IMG/VR virus record: IMGVR_UViG_3300046002_001345
Location: 3,489-67,488 of that record
Source: a virus
DNA length: 64,000 nucleotides
Reading direction: 5' to 3' (one strand)
Both the position numbers and the translations under genes were made by a program. Shown one piece after another: positions 19,587 to 28,919 of the stretch. Under the pieces are notes generated by a model that worked only from the letters and a program-made list of their open reading frames with translations, was not told the origin of the DNA and did not search any database. Position 1 is the stretch's first letter; each line of letters opens with the position of its first letter.

Positions 19587-20959
19587 AGAGTATCGTACCA
19601 GTCTGCTATTTGTGGAAAAGTATATTTAAAGTCTAGACCACGTCGCCGGTCGTATTGCTGATAAAAGTTTTTAAAGTCACGTTGTAGAATCTCACGCGAT
19701 AGTGCTCCGCTGTGTGGACTATCTACTGTCTGCAGATATTCAATTAATCTTTGTAATTGATTAAATTCAAACTCATGCATATCCGTCCACGCCGCCTTGC
19801 CAAATTGTTGTAGTTCTTCTGCGTATTGTTCACGCACCTCTAGCGGTAAAATTAACGGACTTTGGAAACTTGGAAAGCGTAAAATGTTTAGACTAAAGTT
19901 AATACTATCCTTGCCATACTTTTGTTTAAGTTTGACTATCATCCATAGTAGATCTGTTAAACTTAATAAGCATAGGGCATTGATTGTACACATAACGTGG
20001 AGCCCACGCAACTTACCGCTATCCAATAAGAACATAACATTATTAACCCACTGATCCCAATCCAAGCCATCGCGTATATACATTGCGTGACGACCCCAAC
20101 TTTCATTGCTTGTGTATAAATCCAGTTCAATACCATCTGTAGCATCCAATAAGTGTTCTAATTTATCTTGTTCGTAGGCCAGGTTACTATTGATTGCTAG
20201 GCGTGTAGTACTTTGTCCTTTGTTCTTTTGGAACCAATCAATCAGACGCCATGTATATCCGCTCATTAAAGGCTCGCCACCTGTGATGCGTAGTTCTTTT
20301 AATGTTCGGTGTAGGTCTGACTCCCACCAAGCAAAGAACGCTTCAACGTAAGGATTAACTTGATCAATAGTAAAAAGTTGACTACTATCGTGAGTGTGAG
20401 TAAAGTGATTGCGTCCGTCAGATACAAGATGTTCATAGGCTCCATTGCGTTTAATATCTCTAACCCAGGAGGTACTGAAAGCAGGGTTACAATAACTACA
20501 AGCAAGCTGACAAGTTCTGTCGAATGCAATTTCCAAAGTTTGTAAGTTGACATCTTGATACCACCCAAGTTTATACGCATCATCTAAATCCTTATCATCA
20601 TATATTACTGTTTTGTACACACGATCACTAATTGGCTCAGGAACATCCTGGCCTGCATACTTGGGATCTTTATACATGTCTTCAATCTTCCAGCAGTACT
20701 CGCAGCCACTAGGACGTTCTCCGGCATGCATCTGTCTGCGCTGTTCTTTCTTTTGGGGTGTGTTATGCAAGGCACTAGGATTGCTTAGTATTGCTTCTTT
20801 ATCAATAGCATGTGGTAAAGGGTGGTGACAACTAGTAGTTTGTCCACTGCCTAACCATATAGTAGCGTTGTACCACTTGGCCGCACAGAAGCTTTCGCTC
20901 TTAATGTCAATCACTCTACGCTTGTATTGTAGATCTGTTTCGTTAGCTATTTTCGGCAT
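19583..20959 (-). CDS. radical SAM protein, CxAKW/SCxHP N-terminal subfamily
   Basis: FCAAKW...SCHHP...GCEYCW precedes CQLACSYC and GGEPLM. Confidence 0.92.
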   Translation of the reverse strand: MPKIANETDLQYKRRVIDIKSESFCAAKWYNATIWLGSGQTTSCHHPLPHAIDKEAILSNPSALHNTPQKKEQRRQMHAGERPSGCEYCWKIEDMYKDPKYAGQDVPEPISDRVYKTVIYDDKDLDDAYKLGWYQDVNLQTLEIAFDRTCQLACSYCNPAFSTSWVRDIKRNGAYEHLVSDGRNHFTHTHDSSQLFTIDQVNPYVEAFFAWWESDLHRTLKELRITGGEPLMSGYTWRLIDWFQKNKGQSTTRLAINSNLAYEQDKLEHLLDATDGIELDLYTSNESWGRHAMYIRDGLDWDQWVNNVMFLLDSGKLRGLHVMCTINALCLLSLTDLLWMIVKLKQKYGKDSINFSLNILRFPSFQSPLILPLEVREQYAEELQQFGKAAWTDMHEFEFNQLQRLIEYLQTVDSPHSGALSREILQRDFKNFYQQYDRRRGLDFKYTFPQIADWYDTL

Positions 20960-22352
20960 GCCATTTGCACTCCTGCCAAAACTCTTTCATCTGTGGAAAT
21001 ATATCTGTAAAGTATCCTATATCCGTTTCGTATGCTCCTCTACGTTTGTCATATTCATTAAAGAATCGATAGAAGTCCGCACGTTGTTCGTTGATATACT
21101 TTTCTGTAAGCTTCTTGCCATTCTTCATCCAAGCAAGGTCACGTTCCATACGTTGTATTTCGTAGTCTTTGAATCCATCAAATCTATTTTCACCTTCTTT
21201 AATCTGATATTGTTTCATCCACTTGATCACATCTTCTAAGATGCCTGTATAAGCTGGCGGAAGTATTTGTAGGCTTTGCCACTGTGGCGTTCTCAACACA
21301 GGAGTATCAAACCAAACACGTTGATAGGTTGTGCTGTGTAGTTTGCGCAATACTAAAATGTGTTCTAATAGTCTTTGTAGACCTAAGATACTAAGGTTAT
21401 TCATTGTGATGATAAACGTTAAGCTATTACGTCCAGGAATCTCAGTTAAAAAACGATTAGTATAATCATTAACTCTATTAGAATTCAAACCACGACGAAT
21501 ATATTCAGCATGTTCAGGTATACCTGTATCTAAACTTACATACTGCATAAAGTGTTCAATCTTTGTACCAGTACACAAGTCTTTTACTTTGTCTAGATAC
21601 TTTTCAAACAAACCAGGTTCAACACTGAAGTTACTAGTAACATCTACGTGTAAATCACTCTTAGGACTTGCTAAGATATAATCAAACACACGATGCGTAT
21701 TCTTATCCATTAGCGGCTCACCACCAGTCATTCTAAAGTGTTTTAAGCTACCGTATAGTTCTGGCCACCATTTCCAGAACGCTTCTACGTAAGGATTATG
21801 ATCTTTAACAGGAATAGGTTGTCTACGACCTTTAAAATGACTAGGGTCGTTGTGTGGTTTTGCTGTGGGATATGCTCCCCAGCGATCAATATCTTTCTGC
21901 CACTCTGTACTAAACTGTGGACTGCAATAACTGCATGCTAGGTTACAACCGTGACTAAAGTTTACCTCAACATAACTCGGAGTAACATCGGCATCCCACG
22001 GTAGGGCTTTAATAGTATCATAGTGTTCGGAGGCCCACGGCTCGCCACTGCGATAGTGACGATCACTTAAGTGACCAGTATCTTCTATATGCCAACAGTA
22101 ATTACACTCTTTAGGTTTTTCACCTTCGAGCATTTTCTTACGTTGTTCTTTTTTATGCTGTGTGTTGTGTAGGGCACTAGGATGAAACTCAACTACCTGT
22201 GCATCAATTTCGTGCAATGGTGGATGGTAACAGCTATTGTTAAGCCCAGTAGGCAAATGTAGGCTTACTTGTTGCCATTTAGCCAAACATAAACTAGGAC
22301 CTAATTTGTCCTTCATTTCTTCTGCAGCCGACATGAATACTGATTTACTCAC
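20943..22352 (-). CDS. radical SAM protein, CxAKW/SCxHP N-terminal subfamily
   Basis: CLAKW...SCYHP...ECNYCW precedes CNLACSYC and GGEPLM; paralog of 19583..20959 (both NPYVEAF.xWW). Confidence 0.92.
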   Translation of the reverse strand: MSKSVFMSAAEEMKDKLGPSLCLAKWQQVSLHLPTGLNNSCYHPPLHEIDAQVVEFHPSALHNTQHKKEQRKKMLEGEKPKECNYCWHIEDTGHLSDRHYRSGEPWASEHYDTIKALPWDADVTPSYVEVNFSHGCNLACSYCSPQFSTEWQKDIDRWGAYPTAKPHNDPSHFKGRRQPIPVKDHNPYVEAFWKWWPELYGSLKHFRMTGGEPLMDKNTHRVFDYILASPKSDLHVDVTSNFSVEPGLFEKYLDKVKDLCTGTKIEHFMQYVSLDTGIPEHAEYIRRGLNSNRVNDYTNRFLTEIPGRNSLTFIITMNNLSILGLQRLLEHILVLRKLHSTTYQRVWFDTPVLRTPQWQSLQILPPAYTGILEDVIKWMKQYQIKEGENRFDGFKDYEIQRMERDLAWMKNGKKLTEKYINEQRADFYRFFNEYDKRRGAYETDIGYFTDIFPQMKEFWQECKWHAENS

Positions 22353-23244
22353 GGTTCATTATTCCTTTGTTTACAAAATTACTCTTGTAATGATGTTTAA
22401 AAAATTTACTTTCTGCTGGATCCATATCTATAATAGGTAATCCCAATCGTGTACGAAGTATCTGACCTAACCGTTGGCAATGTTCTACTGGTTCATTGAT
22501 ACTTTCGTATTCCTTCCATAATGCCCCGAGCGCATCAAAGTCTTGTACCTTACGATAATCCCAATCTTCTAACATTGTTAAATACGTACCTTGACGTGAT
22601 CCAACTATAGCCCAAAAACCATTCTCTACGTCTGCGCCTACGGTTTGCCAAATACATAAGTTATCATAGTTACGACTATGTACACGCTGTTCGAAGTCTT
22701 CTAATGAAGGCTTTGTTCCACGATCTAAACACATCTTAACACCCTCACGGAAGCCCGCTCGCCATGCTTGGAAAGGTGTTTGGTTTGGATAGGTTGTTGA
22801 ATAGCAGTCACTCATAGCCCAATAGTTAGGATAGAAACAAAACTCTACATCATTTTCGGCTGAGCCGTCTGATGCTTCATGCGTTTTCATCTGATTGACG
22901 AAATCCTTTGTCCAACAAGATAAGCCACCGTTGCCGTATTGTAGGCCATTAATGTAATTACGAGCACGCCAACGGAAAACGCAATCTCTATTAGTTTCAT
23001 CGAGTTTAAGTTGAAGGTTAAAGAACTCGGGGTTAGGGAGGTTGTCACCGTCAATGAGGATAAACCGATCAGTGCCACTGGCACTAGCGGCCGCCTTGTG
23101 AGCCGCGTCACTGCCCTTGACTCCATCAACTCTAGTAGCCCAAGGAACCATGTTTTGTATCTTAATCCAATTTTGCTCTTTGTTAGGTTCGTCGTAGGTT
23201 AGGTAAACTACGTCTAAGTCTGCTATATCAACTATTTGGCTCAT
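22345..23244 (-). CDS. GT-A fold glycosyltransferase-like protein
   Basis: DVVYLTYDEP, RVDGVKGSDAAHKAAA, FILIDGDN (DxD), YGNGG and AWRAGFREGVKM. Confidence 0.65.
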   Translation of the reverse strand: MSQIVDIADLDVVYLTYDEPNKEQNWIKIQNMVPWATRVDGVKGSDAAHKAAASASGTDRFILIDGDNLPNPEFFNLQLKLDETNRDCVFRWRARNYINGLQYGNGGLSCWTKDFVNQMKTHEASDGSAENDVEFCFYPNYWAMSDCYSTTYPNQTPFQAWRAGFREGVKMCLDRGTKPSLEDFEQRVHSRNYDNLCIWQTVGADVENGFWAIVGSRQGTYLTMLEDWDYRKVQDFDALGALWKEYESINEPVEHCQRLGQILRTRLGLPIIDMDPAESKFFKHHYKSNFVNKGIMNRE

Positions 23245-23596
23245 AATATTCTACACTATCATAGGTTTCATCTAGCTCTAAGATTAGGCCAGCATGATGT
23301 TTTACAGTTTTAAATCCTTGATTACTACGCTTTAATTGTACACTCACTCCGGGGTTCATGTCAATCTTTATTAACCGTTTTTTCACAATATCTACATGAT
23401 ATTGAGTATAGTTGTTATATGTTTCTCGATCAACTACGATATATTGTTCACTTTCTGGATGTTTCTGCATACTACACATATGAATAGCACCAGTTTCGTC
23501 ATAGTGTAAGCGATATTCTATAGGTTCCGGTACAATAGCCATGGCGGCCATAGCAGAGTTAAACTCATCTAACCATTCTTGCGAATTCATCTGCAT
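23228..23596 (-). CDS. hypothetical protein
   Basis: 122-aa ORF overlapping both neighbours in the operon. Confidence 0.7.
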   Translation of the reverse strand: MQMNSQEWLDEFNSAMAAMAIVPEPIEYRLHYDETGAIHMCSMQKHPESEQYIVVDRETYNNYTQYHVDIVKKRLIKIDMNPGVSVQLKRSNQGFKTVKHHAGLILELDETYDSVEYYEPNS

Positions 23597-24434
23597 ACTC
23601 CTTGATTAGTTCGTCTGTAACCCATGCTTTATCTTGATAGTGCAAGGGATGGTATTGATTAATGTTATTAATTCTAACCATTGGCACAGGTGTCTCATAC
23701 ACTACTAAATTGTGCCACGGTGTTGCTGTACTAAACTTATTAATTTTTGGCTTCATATGTGTAAAGTTAATAAAATCTACACCAGGTATAGTACAGACTT
23801 CTTCTCCCACAATCTTAGCGGCCAATGCATATACTACATCAGTAGTTGGCTGTTCGTCATAACACTTAATTAAGGTATCTTTAACCGTAGTCCAGTTTTG
23901 AAATATCTGTCGAGCATACCAAAAGAACTCTGCGGCTTCTTGGCTATAACGGAAATACATAATGCCATTATAAACATCAGGTAGTTGGTTGTCATCAAAC
24001 ACTTGTCTATATGTTCTGTCATCACTGAGTTTGCCTAGATAATCTCTACATCCTTGGCCAAGTACAATGTTTTTAAGTCTAAACGTAGTCCACCAATGCG
24101 CTATGCTACGAGTGAATACAATGTCGCTTTCTAATTTGATTGTTTCTTTAAACGGCGTTAGATAAAACGCCTGCCATTCATTAGACAATTTCCATTCAAC
24201 GTTAGCTGCTTCGTCGTTCTCAATGGTAGTAACATAGTCGAATACCTTGCGATGCTCATCTGTCACTAGCTCTAAGGTAGCTTGATCAACTGCTACTGCA
24301 TACAAACTACCTGGCATAGTTATCTTAATGCTCAGAGCTTGCAAGTATGCTAGGCGCAGATAATCCACATCTAAGGTATTCTGTGCAATAGTAAAAAATC
24401 CTTGCTGTGCTTGATATTGATCTACTTTGCGCAT
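23565..24434 (-). CDS. nucleotide-diphospho-sugar transferase-like protein (GT8-like)
   Basis: LALSIK-like segment, YLTPFKETIKLESDIV, YNGIMYF, TDVVYALA and FTHMK. Confidence 0.65.
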   Translation of the reverse strand: MRKVDQYQAQQGFFTIAQNTLDVDYLRLAYLQALSIKITMPGSLYAVAVDQATLELVTDEHRKVFDYVTTIENDEAANVEWKLSNEWQAFYLTPFKETIKLESDIVFTRSIAHWWTTFRLKNIVLGQGCRDYLGKLSDDRTYRQVFDDNQLPDVYNGIMYFRYSQEAAEFFWYARQIFQNWTTVKDTLIKCYDEQPTTDVVYALAAKIVGEEVCTIPGVDFINFTHMKPKINKFSTATPWHNLVVYETPVPMVRINNINQYHPLHYQDKAWVTDELIKEYADEFARMVR

Positions 24435-25231
24435 ATCGTATCTACAAAGTCTTTAAAGTTATCTGATAGCAAATAGCCTTTATCCATAACGTGTATGTTC
24501 TGACGAGGGATTACGTATCCCCTTTCTCGTTCTTTAACTACTAGCATAGAATTCTTCACAGTGATACTAGTTGTAACATCAGCAAAGGTCAGCATTGGTG
24601 TAACTATACCTTGGTCAAAATTTGGATCATAGCCGTTTAGAATATTGTTAGCAATAGTAAAAGCATAGTCGTTACGAAAGTTTCCCTCACGCATATGATA
24701 TAGTTTCATGTAGTAGGTATAGTTGCGTTGTATACGGCCCACCAGGTCAAACAACATTTTTGTTTTAGCTGTTTTGCGGAATAGAATGACTGTAGCCCAA
24801 AGATAATCAAGACCAAACATGCCCATCTTTAACTTCCACGCCGTAGCAGGTTTATTATTCCAACTCATTATCCGATAATCAAAGTCTTGCTCAAATAATT
24901 TAATTAAATTAGTATCAAGCATTAGATAATCGCTGTCTATTAGAATAGTTTCATCGTAAGGACTTAGTTCATATGCTCTAAAACGATCGCCATTGCGCCA
25001 GCTGCCTTCTACATCTATTTTGCGATTTTTAAGTTCGTTACTGACATAGACTATGTTGTCAAAGCCCTGTGCTGTAGTTCCGTGCTCTGTAACTAAGGTA
25101 ACAGGTAATCCTGTAGTATGTTTAACTAGTCGTGCGCAATGTTCAGCTATAGTAACGTAGCTGGTCTTTTCTGTGTCAAAAGCAAAAAGCAGTACTCCTC
25201 TAGACTTTGCGGGCACGTTTGATTTCGTCAT
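24422..25231 (-). CDS. nucleotide-diphospho-sugar transferase-like protein (GT8-like), paralog of 23565..24434
   Basis: YELSPYDETILIDSDYL (DxD), WATVILFRK, FRNDYAFTIA and NIHVMDK. Confidence 0.68.
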   Translation of the reverse strand: MTKSNVPAKSRGVLLFAFDTEKTSYVTIAEHCARLVKHTTGLPVTLVTEHGTTAQGFDNIVYVSNELKNRKIDVEGSWRNGDRFRAYELSPYDETILIDSDYLMLDTNLIKLFEQDFDYRIMSWNNKPATAWKLKMGMFGLDYLWATVILFRKTAKTKMLFDLVGRIQRNYTYYMKLYHMREGNFRNDYAFTIANNILNGYDPNFDQGIVTPMLTFADVTTSITVKNSMLVVKERERGYVIPRQNIHVMDKGYLLSDNFKDFVDTICAK

Positions 25232-25514
25232 GTTGGATATGCCAGGTGTTCATTACCATTTGATAATGTTGTCGACACAATGTCAGAAGCTCGAGCCTAC
25301 TAACTAGTATTGGATTTTGATAGGTATCTTCTAGATATAACTCATCAGAGTCCCAGGCATTAAGGAACGCTATTAGCTCTGGGGTAACTTTAAACAGGCC
25401 GCTATTGTGTGTTACCTGTAGATCTGTTTGAATTTTTTCTCGTAAGATACGTTTGTTGACTTGATAGTCAGTGGCTAAACGTATTTCTTGGGTAAGGTTG
25501 TCTAAGTCGCTCAT
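25200..25514 (-). CDS. hypothetical protein, first gene of the modification operon
   Basis: 104-aa ORF directly after a late-type promoter; LEDTYQNPILV is weakly reminiscent of tail-fibre assembly proteins. Confidence 0.7.
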   Translation of the reverse strand: MSDLDNLTQEIRLATDYQVNKRILREKIQTDLQVTHNSGLFKVTPELIAFLNAWDSDELYLEDTYQNPILVSRLELLTLCRQHYQMVMNTWHIQHDEIKRARKV

Positions 25515-25519
25515 ACTAG

Positions 25520-25527
25520 TAATTATC
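25520..25527 (-). promoter_or_regulatory. late-promoter variant GATAATTA inside a 7-bp inverted repeat
   Basis: One mismatch to GATAAATA; same 5-nt spacing to ATG as at 32685 and 51162; flanked by ATACTAG/CTAGTAT. Confidence 0.55.
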
Positions 25528-25547
25528 TAGTATAGCAACCCAGTGAG

Positions 25548-25569
25548 AAAAAAGCAACCGAAAAGGTTG
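25548..25569 (-). terminator. probable intrinsic terminator after the tail-fibre genes
   Basis: Minus strand CAACC-TTTTC-GGTTG hairpin followed by CTTTTTT immediately after the stop of 25571..26491; stem is short. Confidence 0.55.
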
Positions 25570-25570
25570 A

Positions 25571-26491
25571 TTAAACTGCTGCAATAGTTGGATTGCCCCA
25601 GCTAGCTGATAGATAGGTTGTTGCTGGTGGAGTGTATGTACCGTTATAGGCCATGGTCACGTTTACAGCGTCGTTTAACCCTACGTAGGTTGTAGGGATA
25701 TTCCACCCAATTGTAACGGTAATTTGTAGACCGTTATCACCATTACCGCCAACGTTGGTGGTGCTTGTTTTTACGTTAAAGTTTGTATAATCACTGTTAT
25801 ATTCGTAACGATAATTACTTGAATAGACCTGACTTGCGAGTTGATTTGTTGTAGTTAATCCCCAATAACCAATACTATTTGTAGTACGGGTTGCGCCGTT
25901 AGTTCCTGTGTATGATGATGCGCTGTTAGTCATCACACCACCTTTAAGATTAGTGCCCAAGTTTGTCACTAAGTCGGCACTACGTAATGTACCATTATTG
26001 TTCGTAACACCTGTAATATTCCAACCAATACGTCCACCACAGTTAAAGAAATAACGTGCAGCATTGCCACTTGCCCAGGTGAACGTCATGGCTTTTGTAC
26101 CTGAGAATGCCCCAGTACCGCCAGTAATATTGTAACCGGTCAAGGTAGTTGTTGCTAGTGTGCCCGTGGCTGCAGCAGTTAGTCGACTACTGTAAGAAGT
26201 ATTAACCGCAGTTTGCAGAGTAGCTAGATAGGTAATAGTTGTACCTGCTGTTGGCGCACTAATACCAGACCCTGCACCACTTTGGTGTAGCCTAGCATTG
26301 TTTAATGTATTAACTAAACTTGCCCATTGCGTGGCTGTCACCGTTCCGCTGGCACTAACAGCACTAACAGCAGTTTGGCCGTACCCAGCACTACCAGAGC
26401 CCACGTTCCAAACTGTGTTAAGTTGGTTTGACCCATTGATAAGATTATTATAATCTGTAGCTTGGATTAATCCACCTGATGCGTATGTCAT
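25571..26491 (-). CDS. virion structural protein (tail-fibre associated)
   Basis: Thr/Gly/Asn-rich; ATDYN, GYGQT, TQWASL and ARYFFNCGG; last gene of the fibre cluster. Confidence 0.65.
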   Translation of the reverse strand: MTYASGGLIQATDYNNLINGSNQLNTVWNVGSGSAGYGQTAVSAVSASGTVTATQWASLVNTLNNARLHQSGAGSGISAPTAGTTITYLATLQTAVNTSYSSRLTAAATGTLATTTLTGYNITGGTGAFSGTKAMTFTWASGNAARYFFNCGGRIGWNITGVTNNNGTLRSADLVTNLGTNLKGGVMTNSASSYTGTNGATRTTNSIGYWGLTTTNQLASQVYSSNYRYEYNSDYTNFNVKTSTTNVGGNGDNGLQITVTIGWNIPTTYVGLNDAVNVTMAYNGTYTPPATTYLSASWGNPTIAAV

Positions 26492-26502
26492 TTTTCTTTA
26501 CC

Positions 26503-28350
26503 TTAACTGTTTAATTTAACTATAGCTTCAACGGTGCCTTCAGTCACTGTTGTTTTGTCTTCTAATGCGCGGCCAATTACATTGAACGCTGTCATTTCAC
26601 TTCTGTCTGCAGCACGAGCTAGGCCGTTACCTGCACTTACTAAACGATCACCTTTCTTAACAGCACCAATTACACGAACTGGTACACGACCGTTAACTGC
26701 TACTGGTGGATGGGTAGCATTGGTACCTGCGCCGCCGTTTAGCAAGAAACCTGCAGCTGTACTTATAACACCAAATACTGCTTCTGACAATTCTTGTACT
26801 GCGGCTGTAATTTCTTTTAAGCCACCTAGTTCAACTACAGTACCCGGTACCATAGGAACGTCTGCTTCAAAGCGTTCTGCCAAGTCAGCATAATTGGCCT
26901 GTACTGATAAGAAATTACCTGTTACACCGTAGATAAAGTTCCAGCGCGAAGCTGATGTACCTAAACTCGATGCTGCATTAGCTGATGGTACAGCATACGC
27001 AGTAGTAACAGTTAAGTTACCGTTTACTACTGTCGCGCCAGTGATTGTAGTAGCACCGTTAACTGTTAATGAACTTAATGTGCCTCCGGTGGCTAAAATA
27101 TTACCTGCGGCATTAATAAATCCGCTAGATATTGTTAGTGTACCAACTTGTGTAGTTGCGCCGTTAACTCTTAATGAATTAAATAAACCACCCTGTGCTA
27201 ATACGTTGCCAGATGTATTAAGTTGTGAGAACACCGTACCCGTACCTGATGTTAAACTTAGAACATCAATGTTAACACCATAAATTGTATTGTATCTATT
27301 TGTAGCATTACCCAAATATGCCACATTGTTTGATGTTGGAATAATGTTACCACTGTGGTTTGTTATACCATTAACTGTTAGTGCATTATGTACAGCACCA
27401 GTTGATAAAACATTGCCCGATAGATTTAAGGACGTACCAGTAGTTGCACCAGCTACTGTTAGTGCATTAGCCACTGTGATTGTATTGGTACTTGCGGCAA
27501 TAGTTAGTGCTGTGGTAGTAACGCCGCTTCTGTTTATATCTACACGAATATTTCTGTTTGATGTTGTTTCTGCAACAACCGCTGTACCGGAACTAGTATC
27601 AAATGTCAAGTCACCCCCAACAGTTAATCCGCCAGCTGCGCCAAATGCATAGTTGGTTGTTTGGCTAATATCGCTACGTAAGAATTGGCTAGCTGAGAAG
27701 CCGCCTAAAGTACTTGCGCCAGTTGTAGCACCTGTAAACTGTGCTCCAGCAATAGTAGTTTGACTAACTAAATTTAAACCTGGGATAATTGTACTAAAGC
27801 CAGGAATTGCTGTTTGTGGTGTAAATGTTGCGTCTTTGCTTAGAATAGCAACAATAGTATTTGATACATAAAATTTAGTTACATTGTGCGAAACTGCACC
27901 TGTGTCCAGAATACTTTCTGTTACCGGACCCGATGTACCTGATGTGCTAGTGTATGTAGGACCAATAGTAATCCAGGCACTACCGCTCCATACTTTCAAT
28001 TGTGCATTAGTAGTGTCCCACCAAATATCGCCTGTTACTGAAATACCTGCGCTAGGCGAAGTTGCTTGTGTAATCGCACTTGAAATAGGTTTCCAAAGAT
28101 TGTTTGCAGCATTGTAGACTTTTAAGATGTCGTTTACGTTATCATACCAAAGTTGACCTGTTAATGGTGCTGTTGGTGCTGTGCTATTACTAAAGTTTTC
28201 TAGTAATTGAACGTAGTTTTCATTTAAGAAAATACCATAACCAGCATAGTTTTTACCAATGAGCGTAAGACTAGTAGCAGTAGTATTAACTGTACCATCT
28301 GCGACTGTAGCTATCGATATCCCAGCTGTTGTAGTGACTGTATATGTCAT
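26503..28350 (-). CDS. tail fibre with C-terminal intramolecular chaperone/autocleavage domain
   Basis: Shared anchor domain TLIGKNYAGYG...ENY..LLENF; three GNvLaxG...LxVNG repeats; C-terminal YADLAERF...PGTVV...GRVPVRVIG..KKGDRLVS. Confidence 0.8.
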   Translation of the reverse strand: MTYTVTTTAGISIATVADGTVNTTATSLTLIGKNYAGYGIFLNENYVQLLENFSNSTAPTAPLTGQLWYDNVNDILKVYNAANNLWKPISSAITQATSPSAGISVTGDIWWDTTNAQLKVWSGSAWITIGPTYTSTSGTSGPVTESILDTGAVSHNVTKFYVSNTIVAILSKDATFTPQTAIPGFSTIIPGLNLVSQTTIAGAQFTGATTGASTLGGFSASQFLRSDISQTTNYAFGAAGGLTVGGDLTFDTSSGTAVVAETTSNRNIRVDINRSGVTTTALTIAASTNTITVANALTVAGATTGTSLNLSGNVLSTGAVHNALTVNGITNHSGNIIPTSNNVAYLGNATNRYNTIYGVNIDVLSLTSGTGTVFSQLNTSGNVLAQGGLFNSLRVNGATTQVGTLTISSGFINAAGNILATGGTLSSLTVNGATTITGATVVNGNLTVTTAYAVPSANAASSLGTSASRWNFIYGVTGNFLSVQANYADLAERFEADVPMVPGTVVELGGLKEITAAVQELSEAVFGVISTAAGFLLNGGAGTNATHPPVAVNGRVPVRVIGAVKKGDRLVSAGNGLARAADRSEMTAFNVIGRALEDKTTVTEGTVEAIVKLNS

Positions 28351-28375
28351 AATTCTAACCTATTTAATATTATAT

Positions 28376-28383
28376 TATTTATC
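28376..28383 (-). promoter_or_regulatory. T4-type late promoter (GATAAATA)
   Basis: Intergenic, CTAAGATAAATA context identical to that at 50745; upstream of fibre gene 26503..28350. Confidence 0.7.
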
Positions 28384-28388
28384 TTAGT

Positions 28389-28916
28389 TTAACCGGCCAA
28401 TCCTAACAATGATCCGCTGTTTTCAAAAGTAGTAATAGTTTCCCCACTTAGATAATATCCGGTACCTTTTGTTGCAACTATGGCATTAGCTGATCCACCA
28501 GCAATAGTACCATTGTTATTAATAATCAATGATGTTGCAGTAGAAACAGCATTGCCGCCTGGCCAAGCTGCGTTCCCTGTGGCACCTTGTATAGTTCCAT
28601 TGTTTATCAAATAAATTCTACTACCGGTTGGAAATCCACCAATGCTAAAACTAGCAACATTAGCATTAACTGATGTTACCCACACCCCAGCGTTTACTGT
28701 AACTTTTACATTTAATGGTCTAATAGGACTACCCATTATAGTGTATAAGTTTGCATTAGTTACATTAGAAGTGATAACTGCGGTATTATGTAAGGTCTGC
28801 CAAGCATTGCCACTAAAAATAGTTACTGATTTCGTTTCTGCCCAAACATTGCCATCCCAAACATATATTGCTTTAGGAACTTTCCATTGATAGTTGTCAT
28901 AAACATTGATAGTCAT
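28389..28916 (-). CDS. gp38-like fibre-tip adhesin, short form
   Basis: Trp-spaced N-terminus; IYLINNGTIQG...GGNAV...LIINNNGTIAGG resembles T-even gp38. Confidence 0.55.
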   Translation of the reverse strand: MTINVYDNYQWKVPKAIYVWDGNVWAETKSVTIFSGNAWQTLHNTAVITSNVTNANLYTIMGSPIRPLNVKVTVNAGVWVTSVNANVASFSIGGFPTGSRIYLINNGTIQGATGNAAWPGGNAVSTATSLIINNNGTIAGGSANAIVATKGTGYYLSGETITTFENSGSLLGLAG

Positions 28917-28919
28917 TTG

